Positions 21,566 through 32,636 of a DNA stretch of 64,000 nucleotides are shown in pieces; position 1 is the stretch's first letter; every line of letters starts with the position of its first letter. The DNA is taken from positions 82,983 through 146,982 of the forward strand of contig JBLMXG010000023.1 in assembly GCA_050257635.1 (NCBI GenBank), written 5' to 3'. The position numbers were made by a program, and so were the translations under genes. This DNA comes from Chloroflexota bacterium (GTDB lineage Bacteria > Desulfobacterota > Binatia > UBA9968). The notes beneath the pieces were generated by a model. The model did no database searches. It was not told the origin of the DNA and saw only the letters and a list, made by a program, of their open reading frames with translations.

Positions 21566-22309
21566 ATGGGCCTCGAAGGACAGATCGCTTTAGTCACCGG
21601 CGCCAGCCGGGGTATCGGCCGTGCGATTGCTCTGGCGCTCGGAGAATCCGGTGCCTATGTCATTGTGAACTATTTGGGTAACCAGCTCGCAGCCGAAGAA
21701 TCGTTGTCTGCGATCATGGCGCAACGCGGGCACGGGGAGATATGCCAGTTCGATGTCGCCGCCGAAGATCAGATCGATAACGCTGTAAAGAAAATCGTTG
21801 ACGGCCATAAAAAAATTGATATTCTCGTCAACAATGCCGGCGTAACTTCCGATAATCTCTTGATGCGCATGAAACCGGCGGACTGGGACCAGGTTATTGG
21901 CACCAATCTCAAGGGCACGGTACTGTGCACTAAGGTCGTGTCTCGCTATATGATTCGCCAGCATTATGGGCGGATCATCAATCTCTCATCGGTGGTGGGG
22001 CAAACGGGCAACGTGGGGCAAGCGCTCTACGCCGCCTCGAAGGCGGGGATCATCGGTTTTACCAAAGCGATTGCGCGAGAAGTCGCCTCGCGAGGGGTTA
22101 CGGTTAACGCAGTAGCCCCCGGATTTATCGAGTCGGACATGACGGCGAAGCTGCCGGAAAAGCTGCGCGAGGAATTCCTTAAGGCGATTCCCCTGGGCCG
22201 CTTCGGCACTTGCGCGGAAGTTGCCGAGATGATTGTATTTCTCGCTGGGGTGGGAGGGGGATATATCACCGGCCAGGTGTTTAGTATCAATGGCGGGCTG
22301 TACATGTGA
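21566..22309 (+). CDS. fabG: 3-oxoacyl-ACP reductase FabG
   Basis: SDR motifs TGASRGIG, NNAG and YAASKAG. Sits between fabD and acpP. Confidence 0.95.
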   Translation: MGLEGQIALVTGASRGIGRAIALALGESGAYVIVNYLGNQLAAEESLSAIMAQRGHGEICQFDVAAEDQIDNAVKKIVDGHKKIDILVNNAGVTSDNLLMRMKPADWDQVIGTNLKGTVLCTKVVSRYMIRQHYGRIINLSSVVGQTGNVGQALYAASKAGIIGFTKAIAREVASRGVTVNAVAPGFIESDMTAKLPEKLREEFLKAIPLGRFGTCAEVAEMIVFLAGVGGGYITGQVFSINGGLYM

Positions 22310-22336
22310 GGAATTTGTAGCAGGAGGTAAGCGAAG

Positions 22337-22573
22337 ATGGCGGCATCTGTTCAAGCCAGAGTGAAGGAAATTGTATGCGAGCAACTTGGAGTGAGCGCGG
22401 AGGAAGTGACACCGGAAGCCTCCTTTATCGAGGATTTGGGAGCCGACTCGCTAGACATAGTCGAACTGGTGATGGCGCTGGAAGAAGAATACGAAATGGA
22501 GATTTCTGATGAGGACGCGGAAAAAATCAAAACCGTCCAGGACGTCATTTCCTATATCGAAGCCCATCGCTAA
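22337..22573 (+). CDS. acpP: acyl carrier protein
   Basis: [32 protein letters not shown], with the phosphopantetheine Ser in DSLD. Confidence 0.97.
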   Translation: MAASVQARVKEIVCEQLGVSAEEVTPEASFIEDLGADSLDIVELVMALEEEYEMEISDEDAEKIKTVQDVISYIEAHR

Positions 22574-22747
22574 GATCTGATCTCCCGCGGCTTTGCATGG
22601 CAGTGGGGCCGTTGTTTGATTGCCCGAGCTTTGACCCGAAGAAATTTCGCAGATAGCAGGGAGCCGCGGTTCTGCCCGCGCGTTGCTGTTTTCTTTATCG
22701 ATGGAGTAATCTTCCCCTTTAGAAGGCGGAAGTCGGTTGAGTAAGGC

Positions 22748-23221
22748 ATGATCGCTTTCGGTTGCGACCACGGTGGCTTCGAGCTTAAAGAATTTTTGCT
22801 CAATGAGCTGCGCGCCAAGGGCTTCGATGTCCACGACTTTGGCACCGAGGGGCGGGAGTCAGTGGACTATCCCGACTTCGGCAAGGAGGTTTCCCGGTCG
22901 GTCGCTTCAGGCCAGGCCGAGCGCGGTGTGCTGATCTGCACGAGCGGTATTGGCATGTCGATCACCGCCAACAAGTTTCCCGGAGTGCGCGCCGCTCTGG
23001 TCCAGGACATCGATGGCGCGCGTTCGAGCCGAGAGCACAACGATTCTAATATTTTGGTTCTGAGCGGTGCCAAGACCGAAGGTGCGTTGGCGCGGCAAAT
23101 TGTCGACACTTGGCTGGCGACGCCGTTTGCCGGTGGGCGGCATCAGCGTCGCATCGATAAGATCAGTCAAATCGAAACCGATCTCGGCACCCGTCTCAGC
23201 GACGACATGGAAAAGAAGTAA
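22748..23221 (+). CDS. rpiB: ribose 5-phosphate isomerase B
   Basis: MIAFGCDHGGFELK, ICTSGIGMSITANK, and SREHNDSNILVL. Confidence 0.94.
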   Translation: MIAFGCDHGGFELKEFLLNELRAKGFDVHDFGTEGRESVDYPDFGKEVSRSVASGQAERGVLICTSGIGMSITANKFPGVRAALVQDIDGARSSREHNDSNILVLSGAKTEGALARQIVDTWLATPFAGGRHQRRIDKISQIETDLGTRLSDDMEKK

Positions 23222-23239
23222 GCGAGCTAAGGTACCGAC

Positions 23240-24493
23240 ATGACATTTCTTGAACGGGCCGACCCGGAAGTTTACGCAGCGATCGAAAAAGAGACCCGGC
23301 GGCTAGAAGGCAACCTGGAGCTGATTGCGTCTGAGAACGTCGTTAGCGAAGCGGTGCTGGAGGCGCAGGGCTCCGTGATGACCAACAAATACGCCGAGGG
23401 TTATCCGGGCAAGCGTTACTATGGAGGCTGTGAGTTTGTCGATGTCGTCGAATCGCTGGCGATTGCTCGAGCGAAGGAGCTTTTCGGCGCTGACCATGCC
23501 AACGTGCAACCTCATTCCGGGTCGCAGGCGAACATGACGGTATATTTGTCCGTGTTGAAGCCTGGCGATACCTATCTCGGAATGAACCTTGCCCACGGTG
23601 GGCACCTGTCGATGGGTAGCCCGGTGAACTTTTCCGGATTCATTTATAAAGTTATTCCCTACGGTGTCTCCGAAGATACCGAAACCATCGATTACGCCGA
23701 AGTGGAGCGGCTAGCAGAAGAACACCGGCCGAAATTGATCGTTGCTGGGGCAAGCGCTTATCCACGGATCATCGATTATCCGAGGTTCCGTAAGATCGCC
23801 GACAAAGTGGGCGCATTTCTCATGGTCGATATGGCGCATATTGCCGGCTTGGTGGCAGCGGGTGTTCATCCCACTCCGGTCCCTTACGCGGACTTCGTTA
23901 CCACCACCACACACAAGACTCTGCGCGGGCCACGAGGCGGCATGGTGCTTTGCAAGGCAGAGCACGCCAAAACGGTAGACAGCAAGGTTTTTCCCGGTAT
24001 GCAGGGCGGCCCGCTGATGCATGTGATCGCCGCCAAAGCAGTGGCGCTCAAGGAAGCTTTAGGCTCCGACTTCAAGGTTTACCAGCAGCAGATTGTGAAG
24101 AACGCGCAAGCGCTCGCTCAGGCTCTCATGGCCAAAGGCTTTCGCCTGACTTCCGATGGTACCGATAATCATTTGATGCTTGTCGACCTGCGCAAGTCCG
24201 AGCTCACCGGCAAAGTAGCGCAAGAGGCTTTGGACAGGGCACGCATCACGGTCAATCGCAATGCTGTGCCCTTCGACACCCGCTCCCCCTTTGTGACCAG
24301 CGGGATTCGTATCGGCACGCCCGCGGTTACGACGCGGGGAATGAAAGAAGTTGAGATGGCAAAAATCGCGGATTTGATCGCTCGCGCGCTCAACCATGTG
24401 GCGGATGAGGCCGCGCTTCGATCCATCGCCGATGAAGTCGGAGCGCTCTGCAAGCAGTTTCCGGTTTATCCGCACCGCCGCGCGGAGGCTTGA
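23240..24493 (+). CDS. glyA: serine hydroxymethyltransferase
   Basis: LIASENVVS, and [14 protein letters not shown] with the PLP-binding Lys. Confidence 0.97.
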   Translation: MTFLERADPEVYAAIEKETRRLEGNLELIASENVVSEAVLEAQGSVMTNKYAEGYPGKRYYGGCEFVDVVESLAIARAKELFGADHANVQPHSGSQANMTVYLSVLKPGDTYLGMNLAHGGHLSMGSPVNFSGFIYKVIPYGVSEDTETIDYAEVERLAEEHRPKLIVAGASAYPRIIDYPRFRKIADKVGAFLMVDMAHIAGLVAAGVHPTPVPYADFVTTTTHKTLRGPRGGMVLCKAEHAKTVDSKVFPGMQGGPLMHVIAAKAVALKEALGSDFKVYQQQIVKNAQALAQALMAKGFRLTSDGTDNHLMLVDLRKSELTGKVAQEALDRARITVNRNAVPFDTRSPFVTSGIRIGTPAVTTRGMKEVEMAKIADLIARALNHVADEAALRSIADEVGALCKQFPVYPHRRAEA

Positions 24494-24559
24494 GCCATGG
24501 ATCGAAGATGGCGGCCGTCGCCTTTTATGGATTGTCCGTCCTTTCATTAGCAAGCGGCC

Positions 24560-25063
24560 ATGAAATGCCCTTTTTGCCACGAGACCCAGAATCGCGTCAT
24601 CGATTCGCGCTTGAGCAAAGACAATAACATGATTCGGCGCCGACGCGAGTGCGAGCGCTGTGCACGCCGCTTTACGACCTACGAACGGGTCGAAGAGATG
24701 ATGCCGATGGTGGTCAAGAAGGACGGCCGGCGAGAGGGCTACGACCGGCTTAAGATCATCAACGGTTTGAAGCGCGCTTGCGAAAAGCGGCCCGTCAGCA
24801 TCGATACCATCGAAGCGATCGCCGATCGCATAGAACGGACGCTGCAGGAACGCGGCGAAAAAGAAATCCCTAGCTCGGTCATCGGCGAAGCCCTTATGCG
24901 CGAGTTACACGACACCGATCCGGTCGCCTATGTGCGCTTCGCTTCGGTATACCGCTCATTCAAAGACATCAGCGAATTCATGGTCGAGCTGGAAGAGCTG
25001 CTCAAGGAGCGCAAAGGAGCGCCATCCGCCAAGGTCGCCGAGCTGCGGCAGAAACGGGAATAG
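24560..25063 (+). CDS. nrdR: transcriptional repressor NrdR
   Basis: [17 protein letters not shown] zinc ribbon plus an ATP-cone. Confidence 0.96.
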   Translation: MKCPFCHETQNRVIDSRLSKDNNMIRRRRECERCARRFTTYERVEEMMPMVVKKDGRREGYDRLKIINGLKRACEKRPVSIDTIEAIADRIERTLQERGEKEIPSSVIGEALMRELHDTDPVAYVRFASVYRSFKDISEFMVELEELLKERKGAPSAKVAELRQKRE

Positions 25064-25068
25064 CTTCG

Positions 25069-26172
25069 TTGACCGAATCTCGGGGCCGCGCTCAAGACGA
25101 TTACTATCTGCGGTTGGCCTGCCGGCTGGCGCGCAGAGCGGCGGGCCGAACCAGTCCAAATCCGATGGTCGGCGCCGTGATTGTGCGCGCGGGAAGAATC
25201 GTCGGCAGCGGCTACCATCGGTTCGCCGGCGGCGACCATGCCGAAATTATTGCGCTCAAGCGCGCCGGAGCCAGGGCAAGGGGCGCGACGCTTTACTTAA
25301 CTCTCGAGCCGTGCAGCCACCACGGCCGCACGCCGCCTTGCGCCAGTGCGGTGATTCGCGCTGGTATCGCCCAAGTGGTGTGCGGTACACGGGATCCCAA
25401 TCCTTTAGTCGCCGGTCGCGGCATTAGCCAGCTGCGCCGGGCGGGCATCAAAGTCCGCGTCGGTGTGCTCGATCAAGAATGTCTAAAGCTGATCGAGACT
25501 TTCGCGAAATTTATCACACAACGCGTGCCTTTCGTGACGCTTAAATTGGCGGCTTCGCTGGACGGTAGGATTGCGACCGCGACCGGCGACGCGCGCTGGA
25601 TCAGCGGCGAAGAGTCGCGGCTCGCGGTGCATCGGATGCGTAACGAAGCGGATGCGGTTTTGATCGGCTCGGGTACGCTGCGAGCCGACGATCCGCAGCT
25701 GACCTGTCGCATTGCCGGCGGGCGCAATCCCTGGCGGGTTGTTTTAGACACCCGCCTGAGCATCTCTCCCGCGGCCAAAGTCCTCCACCAGGCGGACCGG
25801 CATAAGACTATCATTGCGGTTGGTGACGGCGTCTCGGCGAGAAAGAAACGCGCCGTCGAAGCGCTCGGCGCGCAGGTATGGCGCTTGCCGATTAAACATA
25901 AACAAGTCGCTTGGTGGCCATTGCTTCGAAAGCTAGCGGACTTGGGTATTGTCAGCGTGCTGATCGAAGGGGGCGGCACGATTGCCGCCTCCGCGCTCGA
26001 AGAAAAGATCGTTGATAAGATTCTATTTTTTTACGCGCCGAAAATTCTTGGCGGTGATGGCCGCCCGATGATCGATAGCTTGGGATTACGGGCGGTGGCC
26101 CAAGCCGTTCCCGTCAAAGACTGGCGTTTTATTCGATCTGGCGGCGACTTGCTGGTAACGGGCTATCTCTAG
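25069..26172 (+). CDS. ribD: bifunctional diaminohydroxyphosphoribosylaminopyrimidine deaminase / 5-amino-6-(5-phosphoribosylamino)uracil reductase
   Basis: Deaminase motifs HAEIIAL and PCSHHGRTPPC, followed by a reductase domain (KLAASLDGRIA). Confidence 0.95.
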   Translation: MTESRGRAQDDYYLRLACRLARRAAGRTSPNPMVGAVIVRAGRIVGSGYHRFAGGDHAEIIALKRAGARARGATLYLTLEPCSHHGRTPPCASAVIRAGIAQVVCGTRDPNPLVAGRGISQLRRAGIKVRVGVLDQECLKLIETFAKFITQRVPFVTLKLAASLDGRIATATGDARWISGEESRLAVHRMRNEADAVLIGSGTLRADDPQLTCRIAGGRNPWRVVLDTRLSISPAAKVLHQADRHKTIIAVGDGVSARKKRAVEALGAQVWRLPIKHKQVAWWPLLRKLADLGIVSVLIEGGGTIAASALEEKIVDKILFFYAPKILGGDGRPMIDSLGLRAVAQAVPVKDWRFIRSGGDLLVTGYL

Positions 26173-26223
26173 TCGCCGCGGTGGCGCGTAGTCTCAGCGA
26201 AATTTTAACCGTGAAGCCAAATC

Positions 26224-26817
26224 ATGTTTACCGGATTGATTGAAGATGTGGGCGTAATCGCAGCGCTGCGTATTCAAAAAGGCGCGGCAGTCATGACGGT
26301 TAAAACCACCTTGCGGGTATCGTCGATGCCGCTTGGGGCTAGCATCGCCGTCAATGGAGCCTGCTTGACCGTGGTCAAAAAATTCAAGCGGGCCTTTACT
26401 GTGGATGTCTCTCCGGAAACGCTCAGCCGAACCAATTTGCAAAGCTTGAAGGTCGGCAGCCTGGTCAACCTCGAGCGCCCGATGCGTCTACAAGAGCGCC
26501 TCGGAGGCCATCTGGTTACGGGGCATGTGGACGGGGTCGGTGCCATTGTTGGAATTAAGAAACAGGGCGACTTTACAATTTTCAATATCCAGGTTCCGGC
26601 CAAACTTGGTGCGTTGCTGGTGTCGAAGGGTTCGGTCGCCGTCGACGGTATCAGTCTGACAGTAAATGAATGCCGCGCCGAGCGTATTTCGGCGGCAATC
26701 ATCCCATTTACTCTGTGCCATACGAATTTGCGCGGTCGCAGGGTTGGTGATAAAGTCAATCTCGAAACGGATTTAATCGGCAAATACGTTCAGAGTTTCA
26801 TGAAGCAGCGCAAGTAA
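26224..26817 (+). CDS. ribE: riboflavin synthase (alpha chain)
   Basis: [11 protein letters not shown]-terminus and a duplicated lumazine-binding repeat ([13 protein letters not shown] / [12 protein letters not shown]). Confidence 0.95.
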   Translation: MFTGLIEDVGVIAALRIQKGAAVMTVKTTLRVSSMPLGASIAVNGACLTVVKKFKRAFTVDVSPETLSRTNLQSLKVGSLVNLERPMRLQERLGGHLVTGHVDGVGAIVGIKKQGDFTIFNIQVPAKLGALLVSKGSVAVDGISLTVNECRAERISAAIIPFTLCHTNLRGRRVGDKVNLETDLIGKYVQSFMKQRK

Positions 26818-26855
26818 GCAACCACGAAGTCAAGTCGTCGTTCCTGTTCCAGTTC

Positions 26856-28082
26856 ATGCCAATCTCCAGCATCGAAGAGGGTCTTGAAGAAATTCGTCAT
26901 GGCCGGGTGATTATCCTGGTCGACGAAGATGCGCCGGACAGCGATGGGTTCTTTTGTGTCGCCGCCGAGAAGGTGACCGCCGAGAACATCAACTATATGC
27001 TCCATCATGGGCGCGGGATTCTCTACGTTACGTTGACCGACGAACGCATCCGCGAATTGGGCATTCCGATGATCCCGGAGGAGAACAGCCGATTGGCAGG
27101 GCTCATTTGCGGCGCGTCTTTCTCCGTTGCCTTGGAAGGCGTGCACGGAGTTTCGGCGCAAGGGCGGGCTCATACGATTCAAGCGGTTATCGCCGACCAA
27201 ACCAAGCACGAGGACCTGGTTATCCCCGGTCACGTACAGCCGCTTCAGGCGCGCAGCGGGGGAGTGCTGGCTCGTTCGGGACGGACCGATGCATCGGTGG
27301 ATCTGGCTCGGTTGGCCGGTTTTAAGCCTGCCGGCGCTATATGCCAAATTTTGGCTGACGACGGTTCGGTGGCGCGGATGCCCGCGCTTGAGCGGTTGGC
27401 CGAAGAGGAGGGGCTTAAAATAGTTTCGGTGGCGAATTTAATCGCCCACAGGCTGCGCAACGAAAGTTTGGTCAAACGCATCGCCGAGGAAGAGTTTCCG
27501 ACCATACAGGGCGGCATGTACAGAGCAATCGTGTACCGCAACGAGGTCGATCGTGTCGAGCATATGGCATTGGTCAAAGGAGACGTCGAAAACGCCGAAT
27601 GCGTTTTGGTACGAGTCCACTCCGAATGCTTGACCGGGGATGTCTTTGGCTCGGAACGCTGCGATTGCGGCGATCAGATCCGCCAGTCGCTCCGGCTGAT
27701 TGATCAACAGGGCAAAGGCGTGCTCATTTACATGCACCAAGAAGGGCGCGGTATCGGTCTGACCAACAAAATTCGCGCCTATGCACTGCAAGATCAGGGA
27801 CGCGATACAGTGGAAGCGAACATCGAGTTGGGCTTCAAGGAAGACCTGCGCGATTACGGCATCGGCGCACAGATCCTGCGCGACCTCAAGGTGAAAAAAA
27901 TCGCCCTCCTCACCAACAATCCGCGTAAGATCACCGGGCTCGAAGGTTACGGCATAAAAGTGGCGGAGCGGGTTCCGCTCGAGGTAGCACCGCGGGAGAC
28001 CAACATCCATTACTTGCGCACCAAGCAAAGAAAACTGGGCCACCTGCTGTCAAACCTCGAAGGCAAGTCCGCCAAAAGCTAA
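26856..28082 (+). CDS. ribBA: bifunctional 3,4-dihydroxy-2-butanone-4-phosphate synthase / GTP cyclohydrolase II
   Basis: DHBP synthase N-half ([11 protein letters not shown]) and GCH-II C-half ([20 protein letters not shown]). Confidence 0.95.
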   Translation: MPISSIEEGLEEIRHGRVIILVDEDAPDSDGFFCVAAEKVTAENINYMLHHGRGILYVTLTDERIRELGIPMIPEENSRLAGLICGASFSVALEGVHGVSAQGRAHTIQAVIADQTKHEDLVIPGHVQPLQARSGGVLARSGRTDASVDLARLAGFKPAGAICQILADDGSVARMPALERLAEEEGLKIVSVANLIAHRLRNESLVKRIAEEEFPTIQGGMYRAIVYRNEVDRVEHMALVKGDVENAECVLVRVHSECLTGDVFGSERCDCGDQIRQSLRLIDQQGKGVLIYMHQEGRGIGLTNKIRAYALQDQGRDTVEANIELGFKEDLRDYGIGAQILRDLKVKKIALLTNNPRKITGLEGYGIKVAERVPLEVAPRETNIHYLRTKQRKLGHLLSNLEGKSAKS

Positions 28083-28106
28083 GCGCTCGCGGCGGCGCAC
28101 CGACCC

Positions 28107-28574
28107 ATGGCACAGCTTGTCGACGGAAAAAAGGACGCCCAAGGGCTGAGGATCGGTATTGTCGTCAGCCGCTTCAATAACTTTATCACCGAAAAGCTGC
28201 TCGAAGGTGCGCTCGACGGTTTTAAGAGTCATGGCGGCGAAGACGACAAGCTGACCATCGTGCGTGTCCCCGGCGCCTTCGAAATTCCTCTGATCGCCGA
28301 GAGGTTGGCAGCGAGCGGTAAGTTTGATGCGCTAGTTTGTCTCGGCGCGGTGATCCGCGGCGATACGCCGCATTTCGACTACGTGTGCGACGCGGTAACG
28401 CGCGGCATTGGTGATGCTGTGCGGACTTACAAAATCCCAATCGGGTTCGGTGTATTGACGACCGATGACGTTCAACAGGCCATGGAACGATCCGGCGCCA
28501 AAGATGCCAACAAGGGCTATGAGGCGTTGTTGACGGCTGTCGAAGTGGCGCATGTCATTCGCCAACTGCCCTAG
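28107..28574 (+). CDS. ribH: 6,7-dimethyl-8-ribityllumazine synthase
   Basis: RIGIVVSRFN, VPGAFEIP, and LGAVIRGDTPHFDYV. Confidence 0.96.
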   Translation: MAQLVDGKKDAQGLRIGIVVSRFNNFITEKLLEGALDGFKSHGGEDDKLTIVRVPGAFEIPLIAERLAASGKFDALVCLGAVIRGDTPHFDYVCDAVTRGIGDAVRTYKIPIGFGVLTTDDVQQAMERSGAKDANKGYEALLTAVEVAHVIRQLP

Positions 28575-28616
28575 TGGAGTTGCGCCCAACGGCACGAATC
28601 ATTTGCAGAGTACCCA

Positions 28617-29075
28617 TTGTCGGAGAACCAACAGGAAACCACGGCGGGCCACGCGGTCAGAGGCACGCGCCGAAAAGGGCGCGAACTTGCCTTGCAGGCG
28701 TTGTACCAAATCGAGATCACCGGCGACTCTTCGGTGAGCGCGGTGGAGCTTTTTCTGCGTCATTTTGAAGGCAATGCGCAGGCAAAAGAGTTCGCCCGCC
28801 GACTGGTTTCGGGTGTCGTCAGTCAACATGCCGAGATCGATCGCATGATCGAGACCTGCACGGAGCACTGGAAGCTTGCGCGACTGGCCAAAGTCGACTT
28901 GGTGATCCTCCGTTTGGCGACTTACGAGCTGGTCCATTGTCCCGATATTCCTTCTTCGGTGAGCCTCGATGAGGCGATCGAGATTGCCAAGCGCTTCGGC
29001 AGCGCCGAGTCGGCCAATTTCATCAACGGCGTATTGGATCATTTGGCGCACACGCACCATTTGAAAACTCAATGA
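28617..29075 (+). CDS. nusB: transcription antitermination factor NusB
   Basis: [15 protein letters not shown]-terminus and FINGVLD C-terminal motif. Position after ribH. TTG start. Confidence 0.93.
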   Translation: MSENQQETTAGHAVRGTRRKGRELALQALYQIEITGDSSVSAVELFLRHFEGNAQAKEFARRLVSGVVSQHAEIDRMIETCTEHWKLARLAKVDLVILRLATYELVHCPDIPSSVSLDEAIEIAKRFGSAESANFINGVLDHLAHTHHLKTQ

Positions 29076-29085
29076 GTTGAAGCCC

Positions 29086-31683
29086 ATGGAAGAGCGCTAT
29101 CAAGCCAAAGCCATCGAAGAGAAGTGGCAACGGATCTGGGCGACAGAGCAATCGTTTGATGTTCGCGAGGACGCGTCGAAGCCAAAGTACTATGTTTTGG
29201 AAATGTTTCCTTATCCGTCGGGGCGTATCCACATGGGCCACGTGCGCAACTATTCCATCGGCGACGTGGTGGCGCGCTATAAGCGCATGCGCGGCTTTAA
29301 TGTGCTGCATCCCATGGGGTGGGACGCCTTCGGTTTGCCGGCCGAGAACGCCGCGATCGAGCGCGGCGTTCATCCGCAAGCCTGGACCGAAGAAAATATT
29401 CTATACATGAAAACCCAGCTCAAGCGCATGGGTCTTTCCTACGACTGGGGGCGCGAGGTGGCAACCTGCCACCCCGAATATTACCGGTGGAATCAATGGA
29501 TCTTCCTGCAATTTTTCAAGAAGGGATTGGCGTACAAGAAAAATTCATATGTCAACTGGTGTCCCTCCTGTGAGACGGTCCTGGCCAACGAGCAGGTGGT
29601 TGACGGTGCCTGTTGGCGCTGCGACTCCGCAGTCGTTCAAAAGGAGCTCGAGCAGTGGTTCTTGAGGATCACCGACTACGCCGAGGAACTACGCCAGGAT
29701 TTGGACAAACTCAGCGGCTGGCCCGACAAAGTGGTCACCATGCAGCGCAACTGGATCGGCAAATCGGTCGGCGCCGAAATCGAATTTCCTCTGCCGGAAC
29801 ATGACGATGCTTTGCGAATCTTCACCACTAGACCGGACACAATCTTCGGCGCCACCTTTGTCTCCCTAGCGGTGGAGCATCCCCTCGCGCTCACCTTGGC
29901 AGGCGGCACCGCGCAACGCCACGCGGTCGAAGAATTTATCAACCGGTTTAAAAAAATCAGCCAGGCCAAGCGCGGCGAGGAGGAAACCGAGAAAGAGGGT
30001 GTTTTTACCGGCGCCTACTGCCGCAATCCGTTTACCGGAGAAAATATTCCGATATACTTGGCAAATTTTGTTTTGATGGAATACGGCACCGGCGCCGTAA
30101 TGGCAGTGCCCGCTCACGATCAGCGCGATTTCGAATTCGCCAAGAAATACGGTTTGCCGATCCGTGTCGTGATTCAGCCTAACGACCGATTCCTGAGTGC
30201 TGAATCTTTGGCGGAAGCCTACGTCGATGAGGGCACGATGGTCGAGAGCGGCGCATTCTCCGGCTTGCCCAACACCGACGGCAAGGAAAGAATCACCGCC
30301 TATGCCGTAGCGCAAAGGTGGGGCAAAAAGGCGATTCGCTATCGCCTGCGCGACTGGGGAATTTCGCGCCAGCGCTATTGGGGTACGCCGATCCCCATAA
30401 TTTACTGCGATCGCTGCGGCACGGTGGCCGTACCGGAAACCGACTTGCCGGTGGAGCTTCCGAAGGACGTCCCGTTCAGCGGCAAGGGCGGTTCGCCGCT
30501 GCGCGAGAGCAAATTCTTTGCTCAAGTGACATGTCCGAAGTGCGGCGGTGCTGCCCGGCGCGAGACCGATACCATGGACACCTTTGTTGATTCCTCGTGG
30601 TATTTTCTCCGTTATACTTCGGCCGGTTTTAAACAAGCGCCGTTCGATGCCGACAAGGCGCGCTATTGGATGGCCGTGGACCAGTATATCGGCGGTGTCG
30701 AACACGCCGTGTTGCATTTGCTTTACGCGCGTTTTTTTACCAAGGCGCTGCGTGATTTGGGGCTGGCCAAAGTCGACGAGCCTTTTGCCAATCTTCTTAC
30801 GCAGGGCATGGTGTCCAAGGAGACCTATCGCTGCGAGAATCATGGCTGGCTATTCCCAGGCGATCTTGTCGGCTCGGAAAAAGACGGCTGGCGCTGCGCC
30901 GAGTGCAGCCGCTCGGTGACCGTAGGCCGAGTCGAAAAAATGTCCAAGTCGAAGAAAAACATCATCGATCCCGAAGAGCTTATCAGCCGCTACGGGGCCG
31001 ACACGGCGCGGCTGTTTACTCTCTTCGCGGCCCCACCGGAAAAGGATCTGGAGTGGAGCGATCAAGGCGTCGAGGGCGCTTACCGGTTTTTGTCTCGGCT
31101 CTGGCGCTTGATCTACCAGCAGCGCAGCCTGTGGACGCAGACTCAGCGGGCCGAGGGTGCCACGGAGCTATCCAGCGAAATGCGCGAGCTGCGCCGGGCA
31201 ATTCACCGAACCATCAAAAAAGTCTCCGACGACATCGACGGACGATTTCACTTCAATACCGCGATCGCGGCGATCATGGAGCTGTTCAACGTGTTAAGCG
31301 CGGCTGCACAGGGCGATCTACAATCGAATGCCGCCAGCGGCGTTATCAAAGAAGGAACGGAAGCGATCATTGTCTTGCTCGCGCCGTTCGTGCCTCACGT
31401 CGCCAATGAGATTTGGGAAATACTGGGTCACGACGACCATTTAAATGAGGTTCGCTGGCCAAGTTTTTCCCAAGAAGCCATCGAGGAAGAAAAGCTACTG
31501 ATCGTGGTTCAGGTCAATGGAAAAGTTCGCGGCAAGATTACGGTTCCGGCCGATGTAACACAGGAGTATATTGAAACCAATGCCCTTGCCGACCCAAGAG
31601 TCCTCGCTTTCATCGATGGCAAGAGCGTCCGACGCGTGGTTTATGTGCCGCGCCGTTTAGTGAATATCGTTGTGGAGGGCTGA
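29086..31683 (+). CDS. leuS: leucine--tRNA ligase
   Basis: HIGH motif ([15 protein letters not shown]), KMSKS motif ([10 protein letters not shown]), and the CP1 editing domain. ATG 29086; the ORF opens at TTG 29077. Confidence 0.97.
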   Translation: MEERYQAKAIEEKWQRIWATEQSFDVREDASKPKYYVLEMFPYPSGRIHMGHVRNYSIGDVVARYKRMRGFNVLHPMGWDAFGLPAENAAIERGVHPQAWTEENILYMKTQLKRMGLSYDWGREVATCHPEYYRWNQWIFLQFFKKGLAYKKNSYVNWCPSCETVLANEQVVDGACWRCDSAVVQKELEQWFLRITDYAEELRQDLDKLSGWPDKVVTMQRNWIGKSVGAEIEFPLPEHDDALRIFTTRPDTIFGATFVSLAVEHPLALTLAGGTAQRHAVEEFINRFKKISQAKRGEEETEKEGVFTGAYCRNPFTGENIPIYLANFVLMEYGTGAVMAVPAHDQRDFEFAKKYGLPIRVVIQPNDRFLSAESLAEAYVDEGTMVESGAFSGLPNTDGKERITAYAVAQRWGKKAIRYRLRDWGISRQRYWGTPIPIIYCDRCGTVAVPETDLPVELPKDVPFSGKGGSPLRESKFFAQVTCPKCGGAARRETDTMDTFVDSSWYFLRYTSAGFKQAPFDADKARYWMAVDQYIGGVEHAVLHLLYARFFTKALRDLGLAKVDEPFANLLTQGMVSKETYRCENHGWLFPGDLVGSEKDGWRCAECSRSVTVGRVEKMSKSKKNIIDPEELISRYGADTARLFTLFAAPPEKDLEWSDQGVEGAYRFLSRLWRLIYQQRSLWTQTQRAEGATELSSEMRELRRAIHRTIKKVSDDIDGRFHFNTAIAAIMELFNVLSAAAQGDLQSNAASGVIKEGTEAIIVLLAPFVPHVANEIWEILGHDDHLNEVRWPSFSQEAIEEEKLLIVVQVNGKVRGKITVPADVTQEYIETNALADPRVLAFIDGKSVRRVVYVPRRLVNIVVEG

Positions 31684-31687
31684 AACC

Positions 31688-32302
31688 ATGCATGGGAACC
31701 GACTTCGGTATTACGGTTGGAAGGATGTGAGCGTCGCCTTATCGTTGTTGGCGGCTTTCGGTGGTTGTGGCTACCAATTCACCGGAGAGAGTTCGCTCCT
31801 ACCCAAGGATGCCCGGACGATTTATGTCGAGCCCTTCGTTAATCGCAGCCGCGATGTCGGCATGGACAAGGAACTGACATCGGCATTGCGTGGTGAGTTC
31901 TACCGCCGCGGGCAGCTCAATGTTGTCGAGCAGTCCGAGCGGGCGGATCTGATTCTGAGCGGAGTGATTCGATCGCTCGATCAAAACGTCGCTTCGGTCA
32001 ACCGAAAAGACGAGGTGCTGCAGTACGAATCCGTGCTCATCTTGGATGTCACTTTACGACGGCGAGAGCCCAACGAAATTTTGTGGCGAGGCCAGGGAGT
32101 GCGCCTGAGCGACGTGCACGGTGGCTCACGCGCGGCTGTGGTCACAACCTCGTCGGATTTCCTCACAGGAACTTTGAACGCGTCGGACGTACGCCGAATG
32201 ACCGATATACAGCTGACCGAAATCGAACGCAGGGCCGTGCGTGACCAGCTGATGGAGCGCTTTGCAAAAGAACTCCACCAACGGGTGATGGAAATGTTTT
32301 GA
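31688..32302 (+). CDS. lptE: LPS-assembly lipoprotein LptE
   Basis: Conserved position directly after leuS. Lipobox AAFGGCGYQF, the typical LptE N-terminus. About 205 aa. Confidence 0.8.
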   Translation: MHGNRLRYYGWKDVSVALSLLAAFGGCGYQFTGESSLLPKDARTIYVEPFVNRSRDVGMDKELTSALRGEFYRRGQLNVVEQSERADLILSGVIRSLDQNVASVNRKDEVLQYESVLILDVTLRRREPNEILWRGQGVRLSDVHGGSRAAVVTTSSDFLTGTLNASDVRRMTDIQLTEIERRAVRDQLMERFAKELHQRVMEMF

Positions 32303-32304
32303 GA

Positions 32305-32325
32305 CCGAAACCTTCTCAGTTTCGG
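32305..32325. terminator. hairpin between convergent lptE and rpsT
   Basis: CCGAAAC-cttctca-GTTTCGG (7-bp stem) 3 nt after the lptE stop. A second small hairpin (cagac-gctc-gtctg) lies at 32346-32359 next to the rpsT stop. T-tracts are weak. Confidence 0.35.
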
Positions 32326-32363
32326 ACGGTTAGGCGACGGATCAACAGACGCTCGTCTGAAAG

Positions 32364-32636
32364 TTAGCCGGCTTTGGACAGCAGTAATGCCGATCGAGAA
32401 AGACGGGACAGCCAGCGCGACGCCGTGTTCCTCTGAATAATGCCTTTGCTGACAGCCATTCCAAGGGCTTTGTTAACCGCGCGGATGTGGCTCGCAGCCG
32501 ACTCTTGATTTTTGGCGTCGATAGCTTGGCGCGCTCTTTTGATTAATGTCCGCAGTTTTGATTTCGTTTCGATGTTGCGCGCCCGCCGTTTCAAGCTCTG
32601 GCGATGTCTTTTGATGGCCGAGGTATGGATGACCAA
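32364..32636 (-). CDS. rpsT: 30S ribosomal protein S20
   Basis: HTSAIKRHRQSLKRRARNIETKSKLRTLIKR is the S20 signature. TTG 32636 is preceded by GGAGGAG. The ORF opens at 32672. Confidence 0.93.
   Translation of the reverse strand: MVIHTSAIKRHRQSLKRRARNIETKSKLRTLIKRARQAIDAKNQESAASHIRAVNKALGMAVSKGIIQRNTASRWLSRLSRSALLLSKAG

Noticed and set aside
24494-26223. An FMN (RFN) riboswitch expected near the rib operon
   Set aside because: Gaps before nrdR, ribD and ribE are only 66, 5 and 51 nt. None contains the conserved RFN core as I recall it. The operon appears to be transcribed from upstream with nrdR.
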